A stretch of 54,516 nucleotides of DNA, the filler included, from Sluysia triapertura (Eukaryota): assembly GCA_046118255.1 (NCBI GenBank). It is 4 parts of 4 records of this genome, joined end to end, with 100 filler letters (N's around TTAATTAATTAA, not from the genome) between each part and the next. Parts side by side here need not be neighbours in the genome. Positions count along the whole stretch, not along the records: positions 28,002 to 42,056 come from JBJNIA010007326.1; positions 42,157 to 54,516 come from JBJNIA010116418.1; 2 more parts are not named here. One strand, given 5' to 3'. This document shows positions 36,911 through 51,622 of this stretch, piece by piece. The position numbers and the translations under genes are program-made. A model generated the notes under the pieces. The model ran no database searches. It worked only from the letters and a program-made list of their open reading frames with translations, and was not told where the DNA came from. Within the stretch, counting starts at the first letter, position 1; each line of letters begins with the position of its first letter.

Positions 36911-37940
36911 ATTTTCCCCGAAAATAAGACCCACACTGGAAATAAGATCTAGTGTGATGTTTCAGGATGATTTTAATTTAAGACCTACTCCTAAAATAAG
37001 CTCTTGTTAATAGCCGATTAGGATACCTAATGAAAGTCAATGAATGGCTTGAAACTGAGTTCAGCGCATTCTTCCGTATTTTAAGCACAATTAGCTTTAA
37101 ATTATAATACATTCATTGTCAAAACATTCTAGTTCACTCTCTGACTGCGACTGACTACAAGATTCTGATTTTGATTCGCTTTCAAACAATTCTACAAGTA
37201 AGATTTTATTAGCAATTATCAATGCATTTCTCCTTTGTCGCACAATATCTATGAGAATGATTTAAAATAATGAAATTCAATTAAATGAAAACTCCGCAGA
37301 AACTTTGGAATCCAGTTACTTATGCTGGGTGTTTTTCTTAATCTAAAAACATAACCTACAGCAAAATAATTAATTATTATGAGTCCATTTACAGTATACG
37401 ACTTACTGTATACTGTATACGGCGTACCTGTAAAATTATCAAAATTAATCGTACAAAATATGCTTTGCCTTAACTCAAAAATAATGGGCAAAAATCGTCG
37501 TTTATGTCAATTAACAACAGATAACTTAAAAAACTAATTAAGACCAACGCTAACTTAAGAGATATTTAAATTAATATAAACAATTCAAGTAAATAATGTG
37601 AGTATAAAAACGTGTCGTCTATTATATCTTTAAATCTGAATATAATGACCGTTACAAGTTTTAAACTTAATGAAATAATGTTACAATTAATATATACTGG
37701 ATTAAAATTTTATTTAACTTTAAATTATTTGAAAAAATAGAGTAATTACAAACTAAATTCAAGTAAAAAGAATTCAAGTAAATGTAGATTGGTTTTCATG
37801 TTTTTTGTATGTATAGAAATTCATAATTTCATAATACTTTGTGATTTTATTTTTCGTTAGGTGAAAATAAGACAACCCCAAAAATTAAGCCATAGAGTAA
37901 AAATTAATATAAGTCCTGTCTTATTTCCGGAAACATGGTA
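36911..37940. mobile_element. Tc2/pogo-like non-autonomous element
   Basis: TIRs TTTCCCCGAAAATAAGAC / GTCTTATTTCCGGAAACATGG-TA, with repeated subterminal AAAATAAGAC motifs at both ends. Confidence 0.7.
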
Positions 37941-40675
37941 TAAAAACTAAAAATTTAATTTATTTATAATTATTATATAATTATTATTCAACAAAATTTA
38001 TCTAATATTTATAATCTATTTCATCAAAAGTTAAATTATTCAAATCAAAGTATCTTTAAAATTAGATATAATTATATCTAATTAATTATTATGAAATTAA
38101 AATTAATTATTTCAAATATTATAATGTAACTTCATAATTTTTAAATTTAAATTTTAAATAAAAACTACGATTTAGTTAAAATGAACATGATTCTCTCCTG
38201 AGAGTATAAAAATATGTATGAAAATTTTATTAAAGCTGATTATTCATTTTAATATTGAACATTATTTGAATCGTTTGAAAATTCTAAGAATTATTTTTTG
38301 CATAGCCATTAGAGACGTAGCATTAGTCAACGTAAATTAAGGATGTATCTAGTTTCTAATCGTGAAACTAGAGATTAATAAAACAAACAATGATTGTTAA
38401 AATATGATAATCATTAATTTTATGAAAATAAATAAAGTATGTATATTTATTGCTAAGAACGGATTTAAAAGTAATTTTTAAGATAGAAATATTAGAAATA
38501 AAATCACTATCACAATTGAATTGTGTAAATATAAATATAAAAATACAACAAAAATAAATTAAATTACTAATCAAATTAGATCATAATTTTCTTGTTCAAT
38601 TATTTTGCTATTCATTGTTTTCTTATAGAGTCCTTTTATAAATAAGATTTTTCAATTCAATCAATAGTGAAATTTCTTAACTAAATAAATTTCAACAAAA
38701 CACGCAATTTATTGTTTTATAAATATTTGTATATTGATTATTTCTTTTCGTTTATACTTCTTTTAATTTTCTATACTTTAAAATACAGTGAAGCCAACAA
38801 AAATGTAAAATCAAGATAAATTTACATAAATTCGTTTAAATTATTTTGATTTTATTGATAAAATCTTATTTAAATTTATTTTTCTATGTATTTTCTTGTA
38901 TAATACATTGTAAAACAATTTTCGAGATTAACCAGTCACTAAAAAGAAAATTTAATTTATGTATTATCGCGCATTACTTGCAAAAAGCTTCTAATACAAT
39001 TGTTTATTATCAAATTGCTTACGAAATAGTCCTAATGCCTATCGACTAAGGGTTCGCCTGTTCTTTAGGACTTGAGTTTCGTCGAACAACATATCTAGAG
39101 GATTTTGGCTGACCTTTAGTTGCATTATCAGCGAGGGTCTTTAGCTACAGTCAATAGATTCAGTTAATTAATTCTATTTCATCAATGGCTAGCTGAAGTA
39201 ATTATAGGGGAAAAAGTTAATTCTTGACAAATAAATCCTAGTTTCTTTATATATTATTTATTCGCTTTAATTGTTATTTGTCAGATTTTCTCCTTCCTGA
39301 TTGTATACAGACCAATAAACAAATTAAATGTTATGAGTCCGTCTACGATCCTAGACACACAGGTTAAGGCTAGTCCGAAGGATTTTCAGAAAATAAGATA
39401 CAATGGATGGGTAACACGCTTGGAAATTATTCGAAGTCTAATTTTGTTTCTTGTTAACTTAACAATTTGATTGAAGAGTCTTAAGAAGAGTCTAAAGTTT
39501 ATTAGATATAACTATGAAGTAATTAATTTGTAAATTTTTTGAGTCTAATTCCGCTCTGGGGCGAGACTGATTAAATTTGAACCTTACTTTTATTTATTCA
39601 CTTTACGCATAATCGCAAGGCTAAATAAAATTCTGATTTTACTTAGGTTCTCTTTAAACAGAAATAGATAATTTTTACAACTCGATATTATACACCAAAT
39701 AAACTTTGACTGACAATTTTAATGAAAAGTTATAATTATAGAAATTGATATAATTCAATCTTGATCCAATTTATAGGGATCAATTAAAAAATAATTCTAT
39801 AGAAAGTTATTTATTCTATTGGTTATGAATAGAATAAATAAAAAGACTGTTAAGGTACACTAATACAAATTGATAATACTAATTATACAATAATTTAATA
39901 TTAGTGATAATTGTAAAAACATTTTTGTATAGTAAATATACTGAATTTTATTCGGATTATAATTACTAGAATAATAATCCTTGTACATTTTTTCGACACT
40001 AATTTTAAATTTGTGAATTACTTAAAACAATAAAACTAACGATTAAACCGATTTTTTAAATTTATAAATTGTCACTATCATTTTTCATTCCAAATTATTT
40101 TCTCGTTAAGGACAAATGATTTGATCAATGGATAACAGTAATTTATACTTTTTTAAATTTATGAAACAGTTATGCAAGAATCAAAGAATTAAAATAATCG
40201 TGAGACATTTAGAAGATATGTTGTATCTTTTACACTTTTTTATTTTACAAATTATTAATTGTTAACTCAATAATTAAACAAATTCAGAATCTCGATATAT
40301 TCTTTGAATTATCACAAAATTCTAACTAAAAGATATAAATTGTTCTTTATAACAACGACAATACAAAGTACTCTTTACAACAAAATACAAATTATTCTTT
40401 ATAGCAATATTATAAGTTATTCAGTAAAAACAAATCACAACCATGGGGTGGCACAACTTTATATTTTCGCAGACATATTAATACAAAATAATTCACTAAC
40501 CCTTAATCCTCTAATTTCATATACTTATTTTAATCAATTACTAAAGAATAAGCCTTGATATCACCATTAACTGCAGATGAATCAAGGCAGAGTCCCAACA
40601 ACGTCCTATCTCTTGCTTTTTATGTCTGATTCTGTGCAAAAATGTAACTGCTTTTATAAGAGTTTTATGACGCTG

Positions 40676-40811
40676 TAGGAAATTAAAATTAGAAATTGAA
40701 CAAGACGCAAATTAAAGCTGTCTATTCTCTTTTAGCCGACTAATTTTACTGATTGAATTTTTGACAGCAATTTTCGTCTATGTTCAAATTCAATCTAATT
40801 TTAATTACCTA
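40676..40811. mobile_element. foldback MITE-like inverted repeat
   Basis: ~47-bp imperfect arms (TAGGAAATTAAAATTAGA..TTGAACAAGACG..GCTGTC / GACAGC..CGTCTATGTTCAA..TCTAATTTTAATTACCTA) and a 40-nt loop. Confidence 0.65.
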
Positions 40812-40984
40812 ATGATAATGTGATTTGCGGTAAATAATCCCCTTATCTTCTTAATATCATCTCGTTAAAATTTAAAATCATTGTTATAATGATGCTATAC
40901 TAATAACGTCATTTGTCAACTTAATTCAAAGATAAAATTTATGAAATTATGAATTTATTTCTCATAGGAATATTTTGCATAATA

Positions 40985-41410
40985 CGTTGTGCGTCAACCA
41001 TACGTCGCACCTCAAGTTCAATAACACATTTAAATCAGTATCTCTATAAGCATTAATTTAATATATATTTTATTAATACTTAGACATTGGAACATATATA
41101 ATCTATAATTTTAAATTACAAAAGAAATAACTATTTTTTACGTTATCTACGTCGACGTGCTTCGCAACACTTCATCACTAAAACCAATAATAAAATTCAA
41201 CATTTGATATCAAATTTGATATCATTATATCATGAGCAAACATTTTCTACTGAGTTATCAAATTAAATAAATTTTAATTAAATTAATTAACAAATGTACT
41301 TTAGTATTTTAACAAATAAAGGGTTGTTTCTTCGTAATTCTCATTGTTTTTTTCTTAATTCAAGGTTTTTACATATTTATCTTACCCTTACAATTCGTCA
41401 GAATCCTCTA
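40985..41410 (+). repeat. dispersed repeat, copy 3
   Basis: Aligns with 17330-17700 and with the reverse complement of 18250-18540. Confidence 0.7.
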
Positions 41411-42056
41411 TCTCAATTCCTTAATAACGTTCACCTTATTCTATTATCCTGAGTCTTAAACCTTATATCTATATTTACTCTTCACTAATCCCAACAGATA
41501 GTTAAGGATTTTTGGTTTGTCTATGTCGTTATTTTTGCTTCTTTAAATAATAATCTTTTACGTTTGACCTTTAAATTAGATACTTCATACTAATGTATTT
41601 CAAAACTATTTATAAGTACTTCTATATTAATTAAAGTACTATTTCAATTATCATAATTCAATTAACTGATAAATATTTAATACTTAAACTATTTGACTAT
41701 CAATGTTTATAATAATAATTAATAATATAGTAAATATTTACAAATAATAATAAAATATACAATACATTTATATATGCATGATTCAATATAATAATATGTA
41801 AACAATAACAACAATTTAACATTTGGGTTATGTATATAAATATACAGTTTTTATTGATATTATCTTCAAGTTAATCTTTGTTGATTGTTGCGGTCGTCAA
41901 ATTTCCTAATATCGTTATATTGTTCTGTAAATCTTCACTTTTAAATCTAATGATGAACTGTTAAAGTATATCTGACTAAATGATAAATTTTGTAAGATCT
42001 GTACTTAAATTCAACCATATTCTATTACAAAGACTATTATAGAATGTAAAACTAAT

Positions 42057-42156
42057 NNNNNNNNNNNNNNNNNNNNNNNNNNNNNNNNNNNNNNNNNNNN
42101 TTAATTAATTAANNNNNNNNNNNNNNNNNNNNNNNNNNNNNNNNNNNNNNNNNNNN
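42057..42156. other. artificial assembly linker
   Basis: N44-TTAATTAATTAA-N44. Confidence 0.95.
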
Positions 42157-42659
42157 TATTATAATCCAAAATTAAATAAAATTTAAAATGTATTTTGCTT
42201 AGTTTCTATTATAAGAAACTTCAGAATTATTAAATATTTTAGTAGGATTTTACTTGGGCAATTTTTAATAATTGCCAAAATCTTATAATTAAATAGACTA
42301 ACAATACAAATCGATTATAGATTTCTCTTCTTGTGTTCGGTAATGGACTCTTGACGTGAATAACTTCTGGATTGTTGAAAGGACTTCAAAAATATCGTCT
42401 GTTTGATAAAGAATTATTGATATTTATGTTGGTTAAAGATCGCTAAAATCTTTGCTACGAATGAAGCTTATAAAGATTTGTAAAAATAAATTGAATTGTG
42501 TGAATTTTAATTTTTGTTAGCCTTATTTATACCAGTTTTATTTGTTTAAAACAAAATTTATGATATTTAAAACAATTAAAATTTTTATTAAATTATTCAT
42601 TTTTTAGTAATTTTTTACTATAATTTATCTATAAAATTTTTGAATATAAAATATAACAA

Positions 42660-42793
42660 TATAAATATTAAATAATTTAAATACAAAAATAATTAAAAAA
42701 TTTTTTAAATATACAATATTAAATAATTTAAATACAAAAATAATTAAAATTTTTTAAATATACATTATTAAATAATTTAAATACAAAAATAAT
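42660..42793. repeat. ~50-bp AT-rich tandem repeat, ~2.6 copies
   Basis: TATTAAATAATTTAAATACAAAAATAAT occurs three times. Confidence 0.8.
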
Positions 42794-44495
42794 AACATAT
42801 TATACTTACAATTTTTTTTTGGACGATGATATAAAACAAATTAGATCCTTTAATTAAACTCCTAAAACTTTGAAGATAAATTAAATTTTTAGATTAAAAT
42901 TTATTTAATGTAATTTATAAATTTAATGATTAATATTATAAACATTGTACTGACGACTTTGAAATTAATGAACTTTGTGTATTTATTAAATTTTTATCGT
43001 ATTGAAAACTTTACAATATTCTGAACTTCTCTATTAATGTTATCACTTTATATTAAACTTAAATGGAAGTATGAATTAATATACTCGTCCTTGTTGTTCA
43101 GGATAGAAGTTCTTAACAAAATTATAATTCTATAAAGTTTATTTATCCAAATTCGAATATATGTTTGAAAAATTTTACTTTAATCTATGGAGTTGCAAAG
43201 ACTAATCCAAACACTTCTCAATTGTATCACTATCAAATTCTATCTTTCTTTATGGCTCTATTTATTCAACAAAAGAAAATGAAATAAATTACCAATTTAT
43301 GCAATAAAGTTATAGTTATATTTTTATATATTAAGATAAAATATTTTATCATAAGTAAATTCGAAAAAGAATCAACAAATGTAACTGTGGTGGCCAACCT
43401 TTTACCTTAAAAAATTCAAAATAATTATCTCATTTGTGATATCACATTTAATATTTACTCACATTTTATATTTTACTTCCTTAGATTTATTAAAACCTCT
43501 TCATATTTCAAAACATTTCAAATTCACAACTTTACAATATTGTAAATAAAGGCAGGTCAAATGTTAAAGTCGAAGTCAAAATATTAATCAATAAGTTTAA
43601 TTATTAAATCATATCTATCAAGTTTAATCATTAAAAGTTTTGAAAATTTATTATTAATTGGAAATAATTAATTCAAAAGTTTCGTAATTTAAGAAAATTT
43701 ATTATCAATTGGAAATTTAGAATTTAAAATTTAAATCATTTTGGAAAATTTATATTTTCGAATTTAAAGAATTTAAATCAGCAATCATCATCCAGGTTAA
43801 TATTTTATTATTTTATTATTATTATTAAAATTGTTATTCATATAAATATTATTAAAATTAAAAAATTATAAATATCATATAAATATTATTATTAAAATTA
43901 AAAAATTATAAATATTAAAATTAAAATTATTTCTTACTTGTTTTACCTATCTTGACATCTTGTTTTACTTAACCTGTTCAAGGACATTTCAAATAGATAT
44001 AAAAAGATCTACATTCAAGCATTAACTTACACAATTTTGACAAGCTCAATTTTTATATTTTTCATTCAAGCGTTTTTTGAAGAATTCATCTCGATTCGTG
44101 TAATTTTACGATTGAACATTACTTGGAAGAGCTACTATTCACATTCGTGGGAACAATTTCATTTTACTCTGAATTTCTGCATCAGGATATTTATCGTTAG
44201 TTTTTTAGTATAGGATTATCGCAATTTTTCACATTGCATTTCTAAACTTATACGTAAACTACATTTTTAATTGAATCGCTATCATTTATCGATAGCAGAG
44301 TAAAATAATTTTTAAAAATTTATCTTTGAGATTATTCGCAGAATAATCTATTTTAATATATCATTTTTATTATATTCATTGCATTATATTATTTTGTATC
44401 ATATCGAGTTTGTACATTAATAAAAATTTTTCGTGAGTTTAAACATTTATTATAATAATTTAATCGGGTTCCTTGGTGAATCCAAGTAAAATAAC

Positions 44496-44741
44496 TGACA
44501 GGTTCATTTTCACTGAACCTTATTAAACTATTTATTTTAAAAAAGGTTTGTATAATCAAACCTCAGCAAAATCAATTCTATTATTTTTTAAAATCTTAAA
44601 ATCTATAAAATCTAAATTAGCCCCTTAAAATCTTAAATTATTAAATTAGTAAATTATTAAACTATTAAAATCAGTTTTTGTAATAAAAAATCCAACGGTT
44701 GGCCACTAGGTTCGTAAGCCCAATACGTTGGTGGACTCACA
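44496..44741 (+). mobile_element. LTR-like unit (246 bp)
   Basis: TGACAGGTTCA...TGAACCT 5' hairpin; 3' CCAACG...CGTTGG hairpin then TGGACTCACA; flanks TAAC/TAAG. Homologous to 5202-5455 and followed by a (TTA)-rich block. Confidence 0.55.
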
Positions 44742-45340
44742 TAAGTTTTTAAGTTTTTATTCTACACAGCCAAAATCTTGCACATTGCATCTAAGTTCAA
44801 ACACTTTAGTAAATACTAAATAATTATTATTAAATTATTATTAATTTTTGTTATTACTCTCATTATTAATTATAATCAAATCTTTTTATTGTCAATTTAT
44901 TATTTTTATTGTTATTATTACTTTATTATTATTATTTTTTCTTTTTTTCTTTATTTTGTTTTAATAATAATGTAGTATATTTTAAAATTTTTATTAAAAA
45001 TTGAAAAATTTCGCTTACTTCAAATGTTTCATGGCTTTTTCAAGAGACTCAATATTATTGGTGAATAATGCTAATATTTGTTTAAAAGTATTATTTTTAA
45101 ATTTTGTTCAAATGAATCAATTCGTAAATTTGAGAAGAAAAAACAAATATGGCGGTTAAAAATTTAGTATTTAAGTACTGAATTTTCAACAGTTATAAGG
45201 ATACAAAATTTATAATCGTCAATCAAGCACCAGTTCAAATCCATGAAAGTAAAATTATTTATATTAAGTTTTTTTCAATTCTCACTGCAACTGGGAGAAT
45301 TTAAAATAGCTCTAAATTAAAGTTATTTTTGTACTTAGGG

Positions 45341-45641
45341 CGTAATAAGGCTAAGTTAAACTAATTTTAAAATTAAATCCACTAAATTTTTATTTAAGTG
45401 ATAAATTAATTATTTGTATTATATTTATGCATAGTTATTTGTTTTGTATAATTTTGAATTGTCTAGTAATATACTATAGGATCTTATTTTTCTTTCATTG
45501 TGAATAAATAAAATCATTGTTTTCCTGCTAAACCGTAATAAGGCTAGCTTAAATTTTAAAATATAATATTATTTGCCAGACCGTAAAAGGCTAAGTTAAA
45601 ATCTGAATTTTCTCATTATATGTTAAAAAGGCTAACTTAAA
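45341..45641 (+). repeat. four spaced copies of a ~20-bp motif CGTAATAAGGCTAAGTTAAA
   Basis: Copies at 45341, 45534, 45582 and 45622 (the last degenerate). Confidence 0.75.
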
Positions 45642-46154
45642 ATGTCATTTTAAATTAAATATATTTGTAATAGATTTTTAAAGAGTTGACTAAAACGTTA
45701 ATTTGAAGATATTTGCACTACTTGACAGATTTTGGAATTTCAAAATTCTAGTATATCGCCTTCGTTCAGATTTAAGTCGTATATATTGGGCTAACTATTC
45801 TCCAGAATCTTTTGCAAGCACCAGTTGAGTCTTTTATAAGTAAAATACTTGCAAACGTAAAAATTTCCTCATCCAAACATATAAAAAAGCCTCCTGATAT
45901 AAGAGCATTCTGATAAAATAATATCAATTCATAAAACATTAGATTATGATTTCGTGAACTTTCTTATTATATTATTATATTAATAAGTAAGCGCCGACTT
46001 GGGATATAGTATAGGTATGTAAAACAGATTCAAAATATTTCATAGTGATAAATAATTGATGAACATTGAGCACTTAATATTTGAATTTTCGTAGATTTTC
46101 TAAGACGTGATCAACTGTAAGACTCTTAACTCTTAACCTACGGCAAAATAAAAT

Positions 46155-46617
46155 TGAACAGGGTCCAGTTACAATAATCGTCTTATGTCGTAAAGTAGCC
46201 GTCTCTGTAACTGACACTAAGTTAATTTTAATACAAAATCTCGAAATTAGAGGATATTCTTAATTACTTTAATTAATAATCAATCCAATCAATTTATTAG
46301 TTAAAAATTTATTAATTAAAAACTCAGGAATATATGTATTAATTATAGTTGCAAATTACTATAATAAAAAGAGAAAAATTCAGGTATTAGATCAAGTCTT
46401 AAAAATCAATTAATTTGAAATTAAAATTTTACATATTTTTTATTTAACTTATTTTAAATTATAAACGTTTTCCTCACTAGATCGGGGTTTTGAAAATTAC
46501 TTAGATTAATTTGAGTATACTTTATGATTTCAATAAATCTTGCCAAATAACTAATCAGATGGTCGAATAAATAAATATTTTTACATAATTTTAGAGGGTT
46601 GTGATGGTAACTTAACA
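46155..46617 (-). mobile_element. LTR-like unit (463 bp)
   Basis: TGTTAAGTTACCATCACAACCCTC ... GTTACAGAGACG...TGTAACTGGACCCTGTTCA. Confidence 0.65.
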
Positions 46618-49529
46618 ACCCTATAATTTTTCTTATGCAGCATCTTGTATATAATCAAGTATCTTATTTGAAAATCAAAACTAAACAAATCAAATGGAAT
46701 GAAAATTTTTTTTAATGAAAATAAAAACGTATACAACTATCACACTTCAAAAAAGATAAAAATAAGACTAAAAAGCACAAAACAGGAACATAAGATTATT
46801 TTAATTTTAAATAAAAATCATTCATTTTATGTTCTATTATATTTTTAAAATAATTGCAAAAATTTATCAAAAGTTGACTAAATATTCTAATGCTACAAGT
46901 AACTAATCCTGTTGCAAATTGTATTAACTAAAAAAAATTTAATTTATCACAGTACAAAATAATTTATTTTTTAATCCTTTAAACAATACTTTTCTAGTTT
47001 TAAATTTTAGTGGAAAAAATTTCCATAATTATTTTAACATAAATAAATCCAAATAAATTAATCACATCAAATAAATATCAATAATTACAAAATTAAAAAT
47101 TAAAACTAAAAAATAAAACTATATAATAATAATAGTTTTAAATCATACGAGAAGAGCACATTTTTAAATAATTTCAATTTCAATTTGTTTTATTAACAAA
47201 TACAAAAATGAGCAAATTTTATTTTTATTTTTTGTATATAACATAATTAATGTAATTTTATATAGTATTATTTCCATTACATAAAACCTATATAGATTAT
47301 AATATTAATAAATAAATATTAATGTCTTTTAATTCAAGTATATAAAATAATTTTTAACTATTTAATTTTGGATTAATAAAACAAATTATAAATATAAAAA
47401 TTATTTTAATTAAAAACAGCTACAAATGGGAAAGTAAACAGATTACTTCGTTACTATTAATTCATTTCTTTTAGTTTTGATTCACCTTCTTTAAGATAAG
47501 TTTCCAATTCTTCTACTACCTAAAAATATTAACTATTATTAAGAAATTTAGATGCTAATCCCACAAAAACTTTATTAAATCTTAACATAGGCGCTTAATC
47601 ATCTAGTAATTGTCATAATAATATAATTTCAATCAAATTTAAACATTACAATTTAAATATTACAATTTATTTTTTAAATAACAAAGCTACCGCATTAAGT
47701 TCCTATGTATTTACATTTATTTTATATTTATTTCATTTATTTATATTTTATTAAATGGGTCTTACGATAAATTACGTATGGTAATCGTTCAGCGAGCTCA
47801 GAATGCGAAGCTAATCATGATAGTGAAAACAGCAAGACAAATTGAAAGAAATAAAGCTGATAAGGCTAGCAAACTTCATTATTCTGAATTAGAGGTCGTT
47901 ATATGTAGGGATATATTAATTTTAAAAATATTTATGATCGAATACATTTTCCATCAATCAAACTTTATAAAGCGAATGAAAAGTTTAAAAATTGCTGGAT
48001 TTTTATCAAATATACCTTTTGTTCATTTAAAACTTTTACCTTTTATTTTACATACCAGTTAGTACAAGCAATAATTTTACAGTTCGTATAACACATTTTA
48101 ATTTATAAATAATAAAAAACACAATTTATAATTTAAAATATATATCTCATATATCATCGTATAAAAACAAAACACCTTTTCTAAATATTTTCTAAATATT
48201 TAGATTGCGTATTTTTTAAACATATTATACTCTTTTGACTGCCATGCAATATTACTAATATAATTGTAGCAGCTGTAACTTAAAGATAAATTTTTATTCA
48301 AAAGATATTCTGTTACACAGTTATAATAAAAATAATTAACATAGTTTAACAACAATAATAGTATGAGTATTACTAATGATAGTCGCAATAATAATAATAA
48401 TAGTCATACAGATAATCATAATTATCATTCCTCCATCTGTCTCATCCTTATTATCACTATTATTCTAAGTATTACCTTCATTATCAACATAATACTGTAA
48501 TTCAAATTTCATTGGCAGCACACAATAAAAAGTTAAAGTTTAAAAGGCACAAAAATTATAAATAGACGTGAAATAAAATTTAAACCTATTGAAATAGAAT
48601 GGCTATTAATGTTAAATAAGATGGAGTTAAATAAGATGGATTTTGAATTAAAAGATATTCACATGGTAATACAGTTTTAACATGTACAATATTTAATATA
48701 GAATTTTGTATTTTATACTTTCGGCCATTTTGACTAATACATATTTTATTCAGGTCGTTAATTTATGTACTTCTAATGCAATATAAGATGTTATTCTCAT
48801 TATTATCAACGTGATAAACAAATCGAATAACTATTTTTGGAATATGTTAAATTTGTATTCTATTCACAACTTGTGTTATAAATTTGAAGCTTAGATTTTG
48901 AAATCATGTATCGTGTTATATTAAACATCGAATTTCAAATAAAATCTACAAATGTGTTAGTTATAATGAATGTATTAGCAATTTAGTTATATTAGGGTTG
49001 AAATAAATCTTAGTCACTGAGTACTAAAAATGAATTTCGAGAACACAATCGATGCAGATAAATTTTGAAGTTAGTATTAAACAATTAGTGATAACTTAAA
49101 TGGTATCATAAGGAACGCCAGTGGCAGTTTTGTACCTAATACAGTTTGATGCATTAGTCTTTTTTTCACTTATAAATATTAGATATATGAAATTAAACTT
49201 TGCTTTGAAATTTGGTTGGTCTACGGACCGTTTTATGAGCTTAGACGTTAAATCTTATCAATTATAAGAGTTCAGAAAAATTTTATTAAACTTTGTACGA
49301 CTTTACGCTCATATATCGAATTATTTTTATTTTGTTGTACTATAATGGTTTTGTAAAATTTGATTATGGCTGCCAATTAAGATAATATTGAAAATATGTT
49401 ATAAAGGATAAGATTTATAGAGAATTTTGTTATTTATTTGATGAATCAAACAATGCTAAATTGATAGAATTAGATTGAATTAGTGATTTATTCAAGTATA
49501 ACAAAGAAATGAATAAGACACATTAGATA

Positions 49530-50170
49530 TGAAGTAAAAAAATTACGAAATATAGGTTGTATTAATTGTATGGTTAAAAAGTGTAAATATCAATTAAATA
49601 AAGTATCACATATTCGAAAATTTATTAATAAAGAAACAGCTAAACTTATTGTTCACTAATGATAACTAGCAACATAGATTTTAACAATGGTTTGTTGTAC
49701 TCAGTTTCAAAGAGAAAAGTGAAAAAAATTAATAATTAATCAAGCAACAATACTATTTCTCCAAGTTGGAAGAAGATCTTAAAGAATTACATTGGTTGAC
49801 AATAAAAGCAAAAATAGAATTTAAAATCATGACAATAATTTACAAATGAATACATTACGGAATACCGGAATATCTTTTAGAAATAATACGAAAATTGGAA
49901 AGCAAGATGAATATTTCATTGAGGCATGATAATATATACAGAATCCACAGTGATAACAAGCTAGGTGATAGGTTGTATACTGTTTGTGTCTTAAAAGTAT
50001 ACAACCAGTTACCAGATAATGTCAAATTGCTGGAAAATTATGAAATATTTATGAAAAATGAAAAGTTCTTTCTGTTTCAGAAATATTATGGTGAATGATT
50101 TACCTTAAACGTTTTTGAGTACTTTCGCAGTATGAGCGCAATATAAATTAATATATTATTATTATATTAC
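49530..50170 (+). mobile_element. 5'-truncated L2/CR1-clade LINE (ORF2 C-terminus and 3' tail)
   Basis: IRKFINKETAKLIVH...IDFNNGLL, LKELHWLTIKAKIEFKIMTIIYK, LGDRLYTVCVLKVYNQLPDNVK...FLF, and the tail AGCGCAATATAAAT...(TAT)n. Confidence 0.85.
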
Positions 50171-50950
50171 AAATTTAGTTATAATTCCTTATAAATTATA
50201 GTAATTAATTATTTATATTTATAACTAATGTTATTATTATACGAAATTTAATTTTATACTAGATGATTTTATTCAATCTCAATTTAATATAATTTTATCT
50301 TATATATAATATTTTAAATCATGTTATTAAGATAATTTTGATCGAATCTTACGTTCTTAAAGTTTGATTTCATATTATTGTTATTGATTCTTAATTTTAA
50401 ATGATTTTATTAATTATAATAATATGTTTTGATTTTTATAAATTTTAATTTCATATTATCTTTATTGAATCTCACTTTAAAATGATTATTTATTCATTTT
50501 CGATTTAAGATTGATTGTTATTTGTTACTAAACTTTGAATTTATATTAACTGTATGTAATCTTAATATAATCTGTTATTTTTTGAGTAGTAAAAATTATT
50601 TTAACATAATTTTAACATTAAAATGCACATGAAAAAATGAGTATTATTTTTAAAGTCTGCACATTATTTTACAAATGAGTATTGCTAAATATTACAATAT
50701 ATTTACATTTTCATAAGTTAATTCTTTAAAAATTGCTATTATTTTTATTAATTCTAAAAATTTATCATTAACTCTAAAAATGTACAATAATCACTATTAT
50801 TTACATTAATTACATATCAGTAAATTGAAAAAATGTAGTGGGGATTTAGACAGATCCTCTAAATTAATAAAGAATATTATTGTCGTATTTTACAACTACG
50901 TCTTCATTAAGATTAAAATTGCTGTGGTTTTTCTAACACTTAAATATTTT

Positions 50951-51622
50951 TGAGCAGGGTCCGGTTACAGTAAAAGACTTACAACGTGTATTGGGCGTTT
51001 AGGATTTTATCTTCAATCGTAAAATTCTGGTTCAATTAAGGTTATCGTAGATATCAATTCCAAGACTATAAATCCAAAATTTTATTAAACAAATCTAATA
51101 AAACTTGCACAGTTATTTATTTATAAAATAAAGAGTAAACACAATGAAAGGAAAATAAAGATTTAAATGTTATAATTGAGGCTGTAATAGCCTTTATTAA
51201 TGAATTACATTACCTGGATTTTAACCCTCAATATATTGGGGAAACTTAATTTTCTTTTAAAATACTATTTTTTTAAAATAAAATTAGCACTGCCTTAAAT
51301 GCCAGTTCCGATACAAATAAATCAACTAAATAAATCAACAAAAGAATACTGCATTTTTTCCAAACTGAAATACAAAGTGAATAAAATCTTGAAATTGAAA
51401 TTTTTCAAAATGGCGATTTTCATTAAACTGATGTTAGTTTATATACTAGTTATCAGCCAATAGGAATCGATGGAATGTTCCTATTTTTAGAAGTTAATTT
51501 TCTTTTTTTCGAAAAGTAATTGCTTTTTTTGGAAAATAAATATTTTAAAAGTGATTTTAAAGGTTTTAAAAGATTTTTAAAGCATTTTAGATGATTTAGA
51601 AGGTTGTGACGACAACCTAACA
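50951..51622 (-). mobile_element. LTR-like unit (672 bp)
   Basis: TGTTAGGTTGTCGTCACAACC ... ACGTTGTAAGTCTTTTACTGTAACCGGACCCTGCTCA. ~220 bp align with the 21337-22150 copy. Confidence 0.7.

Noticed and set aside
15420-42156. Identical TTAATTAATTAA 12-mers recurring inside N runs
   Set aside because: Artificial contig linkers. Adjacency of features across them (e.g. SCYL2 and Sec7) has no biological meaning.
42944-42970. CTGACGA...GAAA hammerhead-like core
   Set aside because: No convincing stems or cleavage triplet around the core.
45341-45641. CRISPR-like repeat-spacer appearance
   Set aside because: Repeats are degenerate, spacers are very unequal, there are no cas genes, and the context is eukaryotic.
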